Assembly: GCA_001512665.1 (NCBI GenBank)
Contig: LFSF01000049.1
Coordinates: 794-58,257, forward strand
Reading direction: 5' to 3'
Origin: Clostridiales bacterium DTU073
Lineage (GTDB): Bacteria; Bacillota; Peptococcia; DRI-13; DTU073
Length of the DNA stretch: 57,464 nucleotides
Shown here: piece by piece, positions 49,352 through 57,464 of the stretch
Layout: every line of letters begins with the position of its first letter
Numbering within the stretch: position 1 is the first letter of the stretch
The notes under the pieces: generated by a model
Seen by the model: the letters and a program-made list of their open reading frames with translations, nothing else
The model's database searches: none
What the model was told of the DNA's origin: nothing
Translations under genes and position numbers: made by a program

Positions 49352-50380
49352 TTACAACTTACGCAGTCCTTCAGTTAAGGCATACGTTAAAAACTCCACA
49401 ATACTAACTGCTTTAGAATACTCCATACGAGTAGGACCGAGAACACCCAAAGTGCCGATGACCTTACCATCCAATTCATAAGTTGCCGTAATCAAACTAC
49501 AATTTTTCATCTCTTCATAAGGGTTTTCTGAACCTATTTTTACCTTTATCCCGGTTTCCTGTCCGGCACCAGCTAAAACATCCTTTAAAACCTTTTCTTC
49601 TTCTAAAAGCTCCAAAAGATCTTTTACTTTGTCTACATCTTTAAATTCTGGTTGTTCTAACATATTTAGCATTCCGCCTAAGTAAACCTTATGATCATCT
49701 TTAGCCACCAGCGCTGTCTCGATTATTTCCATAATCTCATTGAGAAAATGTTTTTGCTGTGCCAATTCATTATAGAGCGTCTTTAAAAGACCGGATTTAC
49801 ACTTCTCAATAGATAAACCTTGCAAATTATTATTTAAAATTTGAGAAATATAATAAACATCTTCATCTCGAATAGGAAAAGGCAACTCTAAAGAACGATG
49901 TTCCACATGTCCGTTATCCAGAACAACAACCAAAACAACCTTGTTATTATCTAAAGGCAAAAGTTGAATATGAGTTAATTTGTTTTTTCCCAAAGAAGGA
50001 ACCATCACCAAAGACGTATAATTGGTTAGTTGAGACAAAAGCTTACTACTTAGCTGAATAAGTGCTTCCATTTCACTGATTTTATCACTTAAAATATCCT
50101 GTATATACTTTTTTACTTGTTCAGACAAAGGCTTTTTTTCCATTAAACAATCCACATAGTAACGATAACCGAATTGTGAAGGAATTCTGCCTGCGGAAGT
50201 ATGAGGCTGTTCAATCAGTCCCATTTCCTCTAAATCAGCCATCTCATTGCGTATAGTAGCAGAGCTTACTCCTAATTTATACTTTTTAGCAATAGTACGA
50301 GAACCAACCGGGTCTCCGGTAGCAATATAATCCAGGATGAGCGCTTGTAGTATTCGCTGCTTCCGTTCATCCATTTTCAT
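49352..50380 (-). CDS. hrcA: Heat-inducible transcription repressor HrcA
   Basis: PVGSRT, SSATIRNEMADLE, QPHTSAGRIPS, GVLGPTRM.Y; start ATG 50380. Confidence 0.98.
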   Translation of the reverse strand: MKMDERKQRILQALILDYIATGDPVGSRTIAKKYKLGVSSATIRNEMADLEEMGLIEQPHTSAGRIPSQFGYRYYVDCLMEKKPLSEQVKKYIQDILSDKISEMEALIQLSSKLLSQLTNYTSLVMVPSLGKNKLTHIQLLPLDNNKVVLVVVLDNGHVEHRSLELPFPIRDEDVYYISQILNNNLQGLSIEKCKSGLLKTLYNELAQQKHFLNEIMEIIETALVAKDDHKVYLGGMLNMLEQPEFKDVDKVKDLLELLEEEKVLKDVLAGAGQETGIKVKIGSENPYEEMKNCSLITATYELDGKVIGTLGVLGPTRMEYSKAVSIVEFLTYALTEGLRKL

Positions 50381-50397
50381 GCTTTCCGCCCCCTTTG

Positions 50398-50424
50398 TTA
50401 GCACTCACCTCCTTTGAGTGCTAA
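50398..50424. promoter_or_regulatory. CIRCE element (HrcA operator)
   Basis: Perfect TTAGCACTC-N9-GAGTGCTAA. Confidence 0.98.
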
Positions 50425-50436
50425 GTTCTTCTTATT

Positions 50437-50465
50437 AAAATACCATTTTGTATTTTTTTTGTCAA
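50437..50465 (-). promoter_or_regulatory. SigA promoter of the hrcA operon
   Basis: TTGACA-N17-TATTTT with extended TG, just upstream of CIRCE. Confidence 0.7.
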
Positions 50466-50476
50466 TATACCTCTGC

Positions 50477-51616
50477 TTACAAAAACTCTTGGAAAACATT
50501 ATTAGCAACAAATATACCCTTCTTAGTTAAAGCTACAAACGTTGGTGTTTCCTGTAGCAATCCTTGTTTCTTTAATTTTTTTAAGACATCCGCAAAACGG
50601 TTTTCGATACTGACCCCGTGCCTTTTCAAAAATTCAGATTTATTTACCCCCTGCAGAAGCCTTAACCCTAAAAACATCGACTCCGCCATGGCTAATTCCT
50701 GATCAATCAATTCCTTTTCCGCAACAGGTAATTGGTCTTGCGTAAGAACAATCTTTTGATATAACTCTAAATTAGTTTCATTCGTATACCGAACTCCCTG
50801 AAGATAGCCGCAAGCACCGGCTCCTAACCCTAAATACTCTTCATTTCGCCAATAAAGACTGTTATGCACAGCTTCCTTACCGGGAAAGGCAAAATTACTG
50901 ATTTCGTACTGGTGGTACCCCTTTGCTGCTAAATAATTGATGGCTTCATTATACATAATAAAGGCTTCATCCTGATCAAACCGCTCCAAAAGACCCTTTT
51001 CCACCAACATAGCATAGGGCGTGCCTTTTTCGATATTAAGCTGGTATAGAGAGATGTGTTCAGGCTTCATTGCAGTTGCTTTTTCAAGATTAACCCGCCA
51101 CTCTTTTATAGTCTGTCCGGGTAAACCATACATTAAATCTATACTAATATTTTTAAAACCTACTTGTCTTGCCAATTCATAAGTATTATATACATCCTGC
51201 ACAGAGTGTATACGACCAAGCAGTTGTAATTCATGGGGTGAAAAACTCTGTACTCCCAAAGACAACCGGTTGCACCCAACCTTTTGTAAGGATAATAACT
51301 TTTCCTTATTTAAAGTACCCGGATTTCCTTCAACAGTTATTTCTATATCCCGGGGTAACTTAAAAAGATTATGCAGGGCAGAAAAAAGCGTAACAAACTG
51401 CCCACCTGTCAGACAAGTGGGCGTTCCTCCCCCAATATACAAGCTTTTCCCTGTTATACCCGCTAATAGTCTCTGATAAGTTTCTCCTTCTTTAAGCAAA
51501 GCTGTTAAATAAGCATCCTTTTCTGCCTCACTCTTGCCGGTATACGACACAAAATCGCAATAATGACATTTAGCCAAGCAAAAGGGAATATGCACATAAA
51601 TACCAACAGTTTTCAT
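50477..51616 (-). CDS. hemW: Radical SAM heme chaperone HemW
   Basis: YVHIPFC..KC.YCDF, GGGTPT, SLGVQS, YEISNF, HN..YW. Confidence 0.95.
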   Translation of the reverse strand: MKTVGIYVHIPFCLAKCHYCDFVSYTGKSEAEKDAYLTALLKEGETYQRLLAGITGKSLYIGGGTPTCLTGGQFVTLFSALHNLFKLPRDIEITVEGNPGTLNKEKLLSLQKVGCNRLSLGVQSFSPHELQLLGRIHSVQDVYNTYELARQVGFKNISIDLMYGLPGQTIKEWRVNLEKATAMKPEHISLYQLNIEKGTPYAMLVEKGLLERFDQDEAFIMYNEAINYLAAKGYHQYEISNFAFPGKEAVHNSLYWRNEEYLGLGAGACGYLQGVRYTNETNLELYQKIVLTQDQLPVAEKELIDQELAMAESMFLGLRLLQGVNKSEFLKRHGVSIENRFADVLKKLKKQGLLQETPTFVALTKKGIFVANNVFQEFL

Positions 51617-51623
51617 GATCTCA

Positions 51624-53426
51624 CTATTCCTCTGTTAAACTTAATACAGCCATAAACGCTTCTTGAGGGATTTCTACGCTTCCAACCTGCTTCATGCGTT
51701 TTTTACCTTCCTTTTGTTTTTCTAAAAGTTTACGTTTCCTGGTAATATCTCCGCCATAACATTTATCAATAACATTTTTTCGTAATGCTTTTACCGTTTC
51801 ACGCGCAATCACTTTATTGCCAATAGCCGCTTGAATAGGGACTTCAAACAACTGACGAGGAATAAGGCTGCGCAGTTTTTGTACTAAAGCTCTGCCCTGA
51901 AAATAAGCGCGATCCTTGTGCACAATAAAAGACAAAGCATCAACAGGTTCACCATTAATGAGCACATCCAATTTCACCAAATTGGAAGCACGATAATCTG
52001 CAAACTCATAATCTAAGGAAGCATAACCTTTGGTTCTGGATTTCAACTGATCAAAAAAATCATAAATAATTTCACTTAACGGTAAATCATACTTTAACAT
52101 TACCCGATTAACAGAAAGATAAGCCATATTGATAAAGATCCCTCTTTTAGCTTGTACCAGTTCCATAACTTGCCCGACAAATTCTGAAGGGACCATAATT
52201 GTTGCCTGCACATACGGCTCGGCAATCTCCTCTACTTCTTGAACAGCGGGAAGTTTTGTCGGATTATCTACCATAACCGTTGTACCATCAGTTTTTTTGA
52301 TTTTATAAACAACACTAGGTGCCGTGATTAAAAGTTCCAGATTATATTCTCTTTCCAGTCTTTCTTTGATAATTTCCAAATGCAACAAACCTAAGAAACC
52401 ACAACGAAAGCCAAAACCTAAGGCCACAGATGTCTCTGGTTCATATTCTAAAGAGGCATCATTTAGTTTCAATTTTTCCAAAGCATCACGAAGATTCTCA
52501 TATTCACTGGTATCAATAGGATACAAACCACAGTAAACCATAGGTGTTGCTTTACGATAACCCGGCAGAGGCTGATCTGCCGGTTTTTCTTTCCACGTTA
52601 TAGTATCTCCAACCCGAGTATCTTTGACATTTTTAATGGATGCTGCCAAAAAACCTACCATGCCTGCTGTAAGTTCTTCCACGTTCTTCATTTCCGGATT
52701 AAATACACCGACTTCAGTAACCTCAAATGTTTTCCCGTTAGACATTAACTTAATATTCATCCCTTTTTTTAACGAACCGTCGATCACCCGAAAATAAGGA
52801 ATTGCCCCTCTATAGGAATCGAAATGAGAATCAAAAATTAAAGCTTTTAAAGGAGCTTCCGGATTACCTTGTGGTGCCGGGATTTTATTTACTATAGCCT
52901 CCAGAATCTCTTTAATTCCAATTCCTTCCTTAGCCGAAGCCAAGATAGCTTCACTACAATCCAGCCCAATCACTTCTTCAATTTCTTTCTTTATTCTTTC
53001 CGGTTCAGCACTAGGTAAATCAATCTTATTGATTACCGGAATAATCTCTAAATCATGCTCCAACGCCATATAAATATTAGCCAAGGTCTGGGCTTCTATC
53101 CCCTGTGCCGCATCTACTACCAAAATAGCCCCTTCACAAGCAGCTAAGCTTCGAGAAACCTCATAAGTAAAATCAACATGACCGGGGGTATCAATCAGAT
53201 TAAACAAATATTCCTGTCCATCATCAGCTGTATAATTCATCCTTACAGCTTTCAGCTTAATCGTAATTCCCCGTTCTTTTTCCAAATCCATCTTATCCAA
53301 GACCTGCTCTGTCATCTCGCGAGCAGTTAAAGTCCCTGTATATTCTAAAATCCGATCAGCTAAGGTAGACTTCCCATGATCGATATGCGCGATTATACAA
53401 AAGTTACGGATGTATTTTTGATCCAT
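51624..53426 (-). CDS. lepA: Translation elongation factor 4
   Basis: [42 protein letters not shown]; start ATG 53426. Confidence 0.99.
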   Translation of the reverse strand: MDQKYIRNFCIIAHIDHGKSTLADRILEYTGTLTAREMTEQVLDKMDLEKERGITIKLKAVRMNYTADDGQEYLFNLIDTPGHVDFTYEVSRSLAACEGAILVVDAAQGIEAQTLANIYMALEHDLEIIPVINKIDLPSAEPERIKKEIEEVIGLDCSEAILASAKEGIGIKEILEAIVNKIPAPQGNPEAPLKALIFDSHFDSYRGAIPYFRVIDGSLKKGMNIKLMSNGKTFEVTEVGVFNPEMKNVEELTAGMVGFLAASIKNVKDTRVGDTITWKEKPADQPLPGYRKATPMVYCGLYPIDTSEYENLRDALEKLKLNDASLEYEPETSVALGFGFRCGFLGLLHLEIIKERLEREYNLELLITAPSVVYKIKKTDGTTVMVDNPTKLPAVQEVEEIAEPYVQATIMVPSEFVGQVMELVQAKRGIFINMAYLSVNRVMLKYDLPLSEIIYDFFDQLKSRTKGYASLDYEFADYRASNLVKLDVLINGEPVDALSFIVHKDRAYFQGRALVQKLRSLIPRQLFEVPIQAAIGNKVIARETVKALRKNVIDKCYGGDITRKRKLLEKQKEGKKRMKQVGSVEIPQEAFMAVLSLTEE

Positions 53427-53500
53427 ATTTCTCTCCTCATTTTTCTTCAAGTTTTAGTCTTTACAAAAAATCCATTAAAATCTAGTATAACAGATTCTTC

Positions 53501-55078
53501 TTAAGAATGGGGTGCTTTCCTAAATCGGCGTAACAGAATCTTTTTCACCATTTCTCCTTCCTCCATCTTCAGAAAAATAGCCAGAAAACCAAAAACTAAC
53601 ACACCTATGGTAATACTAACCCCCACCTGCAAGAGCTGACCTAATTTTGTATTAACCGATATTACTAATTCCATTAAATTCGCTGTTTGATAAGCTACTA
53701 TGCCCATAAGAGACGAGATTCCCAAAGTGAGAACAAATGAATGTACCATTCTTCGACCATCAATAGATCCTACTTTTTTCCTGAAAATATAGAGAAGCAA
53801 TAACATATTTATTATCCCCGCTAAAGAATACGCTAACGCTAGCCCCCCATGGGCCATTGGTTTAATCAAAAGAAGATTTAAGGCTATATTAAGCATAATG
53901 GTAAAAATTCCTATGGTTACCGGTGTAATCGTATCCTGTAAAGCATAAAAAACCCTATTTAATAATTGCAGCGCAGCATAAGCAAATAGACCAAAACAAT
54001 AAAAAAGCAAAGCATAAGCGGTAGCATTTGTATCTTCTGGAGTAAAAAGTCCCTGTTCAAAAAGGAGTCTAACAATGGGAACACGTAAAGCAATCAAACC
54101 TATAGCTGAAGGAATGGTAATAAAGAAAATCGTACGAATCCCTAAAGACATTGTCTTTTTAAACTGTTCCTTTTCTTCACGGGCAGCTTGTCCTGTTAAG
54201 GTGGGAAAAACGGCCACGGCTATGGCGATAGCAAAAACTCCAATCGGCAACTGCATAATACGTTGCGCCACCCGCAAAGCAGAAATCATACCACTCGGTA
54301 AATTTGAACCTAAGTTCTGATTAACAAACAGGTTTAAATGGGTTACTGATAAACCGATTAAGACAGGTAAAATCAAAGCGCCTATCTTTCTTACTCCAGG
54401 ATGCTTTAAATCAATAACAAATTTATATTTTAAACCAATTTTTAATAGTGCAGGAAGTTGGACAGCAAAATTCAAGGCAGCACCTATTACTACACCCAAA
54501 GCAAAACCTACTATCCCCATCTCTAGAAAATGAGAGAAAAAAAGCCCTAAAACAATAATGCCTAAATTATACAAAACTGACCCGACCGCGGGGGCTAAAA
54601 AATGCTGATAAGAATTGAGAATCCCCATAGAAATACCATTCAACGCCATAAAAAAGGTTTGCAAAAACATGATTCTCGTCATCTTTACAGTTAATTGAAT
54701 ATTCTCCGGGGTAAAACCAGGTACCAATAGTTTAATCAAAGCAGGTGCAAAAACAATGCCTAAAGTAATACCGATCAGCATCATAATAAGCACAAGATTA
54801 AAAATTGTACTAGCGACACGCCAACCCTCTTCTTCTTTGTTTGTAGCGATATAACTTGCAAAAACAGGGATAAAGGCCGAGCTCAAGGCTCCGCCAACCA
54901 GCAAATAATATAAAAAATCAGGGATGGAAAAAGCCGCATTATAAGCATCAGTCAAATTATTCTGTCCAAAATAAGCATAGATCACCATATCCCTTACATA
55001 TCCAAGGATACGGGAAGCAATCATGGCAACCATCAATATACCCGCTGCTTTAGCCACTTTTGTACCTGTAGCTGACAT
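53501..55078 (-). CDS. murJ: Lipid II flippase MurJ (MviN)
   Basis: SRILGYVRD, DAYNAAF.IPD, GGALSSAFIPVF, QLPIGVF, RVFYALQDT.TP. Confidence 0.95.
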   Translation of the reverse strand: MSATGTKVAKAAGILMVAMIASRILGYVRDMVIYAYFGQNNLTDAYNAAFSIPDFLYYLLVGGALSSAFIPVFASYIATNKEEEGWRVASTIFNLVLIMMLIGITLGIVFAPALIKLLVPGFTPENIQLTVKMTRIMFLQTFFMALNGISMGILNSYQHFLAPAVGSVLYNLGIIVLGLFFSHFLEMGIVGFALGVVIGAALNFAVQLPALLKIGLKYKFVIDLKHPGVRKIGALILPVLIGLSVTHLNLFVNQNLGSNLPSGMISALRVAQRIMQLPIGVFAIAIAVAVFPTLTGQAAREEKEQFKKTMSLGIRTIFFITIPSAIGLIALRVPIVRLLFEQGLFTPEDTNATAYALLFYCFGLFAYAALQLLNRVFYALQDTITPVTIGIFTIMLNIALNLLLIKPMAHGGLALAYSLAGIINMLLLLYIFRKKVGSIDGRRMVHSFVLTLGISSLMGIVAYQTANLMELVISVNTKLGQLLQVGVSITIGVLVFGFLAIFLKMEEGEMVKKILLRRFRKAPHS

Positions 55079-55126
55079 TATTCCACCTTCTCATCTTATC
55101 CTTACGCTACATTATTTTATAGAATT

Positions 55127-55435
55127 TCAAACTTCTTGTCTATTCTTTAACCATAATAAACATCCCTCTATATACTGAACAATTTGTGTTCTTATCCTTT
55201 GCACATGAGAAAAGGCAGAATCTTTATTAAACACTAAGGACTTACCCAAAAAACGAAATTCCCATAATTCACAATCCCCTTCAACCATAGTAGTAAAAAA
55301 AATAAAATCTTGTCCATCTCGCAAAGTAATTTTCTCCATGTTTATTGAGACTACACTTAACCCTAGAAAAACAACAAGAAATAATAAAAAAACACCAAGC
55401 AACATTTGCTTTTGATATAATTGCATAAATCCCAT
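55127..55435 (-). CDS. Hypothetical membrane-anchored protein
   Basis: N-terminal TM segment, EFRFLGK; resembles the small genes often found upstream of lepA in Clostridia. Confidence 0.6.
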   Translation of the reverse strand: MGFMQLYQKQMLLGVFLLFLVVFLGLSVVSINMEKITLRDGQDFIFFTTMVEGDCELWEFRFLGKSLVFNKDSAFSHVQRIRTQIVQYIEGCLLWLKNRQEV

Positions 55436-55489
55436 CCTTAATCTAACTATACTCTTTCTAAACTTCCCGCAATGCTTAGATTCTATAAC

Positions 55490-55523
55490 AAAAAATTAGC
55501 CGTAATCAAATATTACGGCTAAT
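55490..55523 (-). terminator. Intrinsic terminator overlapping the stop codon of 55506-56282
   Basis: ATTAGCCGTAAT-CAAAT-ATTACGGCTAAT with T-tract on the minus strand. Confidence 0.85.
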
Positions 55524-56282
55524 ACTAAATGGAACCTTTTGCACATTTTTTTCTGATTTTTGCTTTTTCAAATTAACTTTATAACGATTTTTATTGTCTT
55601 CAAGATTATTCTCCTTGGCTTTTTTTAAAAATTCGTTTAAATGAATCTTGTCATTATTCAAAATTTTTTCCTCAAATTCCTGGTCGATTCTGGTCGGTGT
55701 CTTAATTAATCTTGACCAAAGAGGATCGATCTCTTTTTCAATAAGTTTTACCCCTAATAGCTCATTAACTGCCTTATTAGAACCAGCTGCTCTAGAAATA
55801 ATTCTTTCAGCTATAAGTTCTTCATCAAGTAACCCTTTGCTGATTTGACGTTCTTTCATTTGCGACCAAGTTAAATTAGGATGATTAAGTTCCAACTGAT
55901 GTGCCAATTCCCGTTCTGCCATTAAATCTCGTGTTTTTTTACGAATCCACTTTCTTAATTGATAAGCCTGCAATGCTTGTGCCTCTAGCGGAAGAGACTT
56001 ATCTATAGCTTCCGGTATTTTGGCCAAATAGTATAAATACCATTCTCTTGCCTGAATATTATCTAACGTCTTTTCTGTGGGCATTCTTGTAATATTTAAC
56101 TGCTTTTGATAGTAGCTATCATCATGAACCTCTTCCATAATCTTTTTAAGACCAAGCGACTCATAATAATTAATAATATCATCTGTTGTTTGTCTTGACC
56201 CAGATGTAAAACTTAAACATCTTTTTAATCCCGTTAAAATTTTTTCTTTTAGCCGAATCAGCCAATTGTTACTATTATCCAC
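55506..56282 (-). CDS. Hypothetical protein with a central helical domain resembling polymorphic-toxin/MuF C-terminal domains
   Basis: AAGGAGG RBS with GTG start; segment AREWY...KIP..IDKSLPLE.QA.QAY.LR...R...RDLMA.RELA..L...PNLTW...SN..VN..LG. Confidence 0.6.
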   Translation of the reverse strand: MDNSNNWLIRLKEKILTGLKRCLSFTSGSRQTTDDIINYYESLGLKKIMEEVHDDSYYQKQLNITRMPTEKTLDNIQAREWYLYYLAKIPEAIDKSLPLEAQALQAYQLRKWIRKKTRDLMAERELAHQLELNHPNLTWSQMKERQISKGLLDEELIAERIISRAAGSNKAVNELLGVKLIEKEIDPLWSRLIKTPTRIDQEFEEKILNNDKIHLNEFLKKAKENNLEDNKNRYKVNLKKQKSEKNVQKVPFSISRNI

Positions 56283-56344
56283 AAGTTACTTCCTCCTTGC
56301 TTAAATCACCCCTTATGCTTAGAAAATTATGCCTTTGATTCTTT

Positions 56345-57049
56345 TTAAATCTCATTTTTAACTTTTATGTATATTATGACTATACATAAAACAATTAAGA
56401 GGAGCAGAGAGAAAAAATTCTTTTTAATAAATTCCTTGCTATAATTCCGTTTTTGTTTCTCCTCTGCATTTTCTAGAGATTCATCTGCTGTTTGTACTTT
56501 CCCTACTTCCTCTATCGGTTCTTTAGCTTGCTTGACTTCACTGGCGTTTTGCTGTGCATCTTCTGTCTTTTGACCGGTTTCTTCCTCATTCTGTTCAGAA
56601 GTAACTTGTTCGCTAATACTCTCCGGATTATTTGCTTCCTCTACATCACTTTTTAAATTGACGCTAAATTCTAAGGTATTGGTTCTATTGCCGACCACCA
56701 CCAAAACTGTAGGATGCTTTATCACATAATCTGGCGGAAGGCCATAGCTTCCATTCTCATCATAACCTCCCCCAATAAGCACAACATATTCTCCGGATGG
56801 TAACTCCTCTGTTAGCTGGTAACCATCGTTTGAAGGTAAAGAAAGGAAAGATTTTGTTTTACTCTCATGGATTAATTGAATTAATAATGGATAGGAAAAA
56901 TCAGACGGAACATTAGCTTTAATTTCCAGTAGACCTGTTGATATGTTTGTTATTTCTTCTGTTTCAGTGGCGTAAGTACAAATATTCAGACTAAAGAAGG
57001 AAGCCAAAACAACGCCCAGAGAAAAAATCCGCATCAACGCTTTCATCAA
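56345..57049 (-). CDS. Secreted/surface protein: signal peptide, Ig-like domain, acidic linker, C-terminal TM anchor
   Basis: Hydrophobic N-terminus, LPSGEYVV, E/Q-rich linker, FFSLLLLIVLCIVIIYIKVK; AAGGAG RBS. Confidence 0.75.
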   Translation of the reverse strand: MMKALMRIFSLGVVLASFFSLNICTYATETEEITNISTGLLEIKANVPSDFSYPLLIQLIHESKTKSFLSLPSNDGYQLTEELPSGEYVVLIGGGYDENGSYGLPPDYVIKHPTVLVVVGNRTNTLEFSVNLKSDVEEANNPESISEQVTSEQNEEETGQKTEDAQQNASEVKQAKEPIEEVGKVQTADESLENAEEKQKRNYSKEFIKKNFFSLLLLIVLCIVIIYIKVKNEI

Positions 57050-57085
57050 TCTGCTCCTTTCTCTTTGTTTTTAAACAAGTATCCT

Positions 57086-57463
57086 TTAGAGATACATTTG
57101 CCAATTCTGCCACACAAAAGGTAACCCCATCGGCCAATTCTCCGGTTTCCAGCCCATCGGCGGCGGCCAGCTAGGTGGATAACCCCACCGATCCACAGGC
57201 CAACCAGGGGGAAGATTTGTCGGCGGAGGGGTGTTCTTAGAGGCTTTTGTTCTAACACCCGGATATTGTTCCTCTATATTATATGTTGCCAAATGTTTCC
57301 ACCATTCATACTCCCATTCCCAATCACTTTTTAAATACTTATCTATAACTCGTTCTTCTTTTTGGGGGTCATTAGGATCAGGATGATAAACTCCATCAAG
57401 AGTATGTGCAGTAAGTGTTACCGTTGCTCCTGCGTGTCCGATACAACATGACTTATAGGCCCA
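57086..57463 (-). CDS. 3' end of a larger hypothetical protein running off the window (Trp/Pro-rich tail)
   Basis: Frame open from the window edge: WAYKSCCIGHAGATVTL...DWEWEYEWWKHLATY...PPGWPVDRWGYPPSWPPPMGWKPENWPMG*. Confidence 0.7.
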   Translation of the reverse strand, partial: WAYKSCCIGHAGATVTLTAHTLDGVYHPDPNDPQKEERVIDKYLKSDWEWEYEWWKHLATYNIEEQYPGVRTKASKNTPPPTNLPPGWPVDRWGYPPSWPPPMGWKPENWPMGLPFVWQNWQMYL

Positions 57464-57464
57464 A

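Noticed and set aside
50381-50404. GTG start of hrcA at 50404
   Set aside because: Lies within the CIRCE arm only 2 nt from the SD-like spacer; ATG 50380 fits typical HrcA N-termini better
55472-56323. 9-bp direct repeat ATGCTTAGA flanking the toxin-like gene as att sites or target-site duplication
   Set aside because: Too short to be significant in AT-rich DNA, and no recombinase is nearby
57046-57258. 70-aa alternative-frame ORF
   Set aside because: Overlaps the longer open frame running off the window and has no convincing RBS; a frameshift cannot be fully excluded

Overview
AT-rich chromosomal window from a spore-forming Clostridia-class Firmicute (the gene set looks Peptococcaceae-like; this is inference). 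Nearly all genes are on the minus strand and follow the conserved Firmicute backbone: murJ-lepA-hemW-CIRCE-hrcA-[chaperonin]-grpE-dnaK-dnaJ-prmA-rsmE-mtaB-HIT-rpsU, nfeD-floA-yqfB-yqfC-yqfD-phoH-pgpH-ybeY-CNNM-DUF3048-cdd-era-deoC-yqzL-recO, T-box-glyQS-ccpN-ppdK, dgt-dnaG-rpoD-tRNA(Ile2,Val)-trmK-Nif3-zinc ribbon, with rnpB at the left edge. Departures from the backbone: (1) an archaeal-type (group III) chaperonin inside the dnaK operon; (2) a ~9 kb accessory block between ppdK and dgt holding an ECF-S/DUF1893 fusion with an Fe-S aldo-keto reductase, an AviRa-like methyltransferase, an ABC/HlyD deletion scar, SigK-type spore genes and four related palindromes; (3) a NiCo/czcD-like riboswitch before a CDF exporter; (4) a ~220-nt multi-stem non-coding element after the yqfB-like gene; (5) probable non-canonical ATC/ATT starts for pgpH and ccpN; (6) an accessory cluster at the right edge with a stand-alone toxin-like domain, a membrane-anchored surface protein and a truncated Trp/Pro-rich ORF. 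No CRISPR array, integrase or transposase was seen. All family calls come from motif recognition, not database searches.
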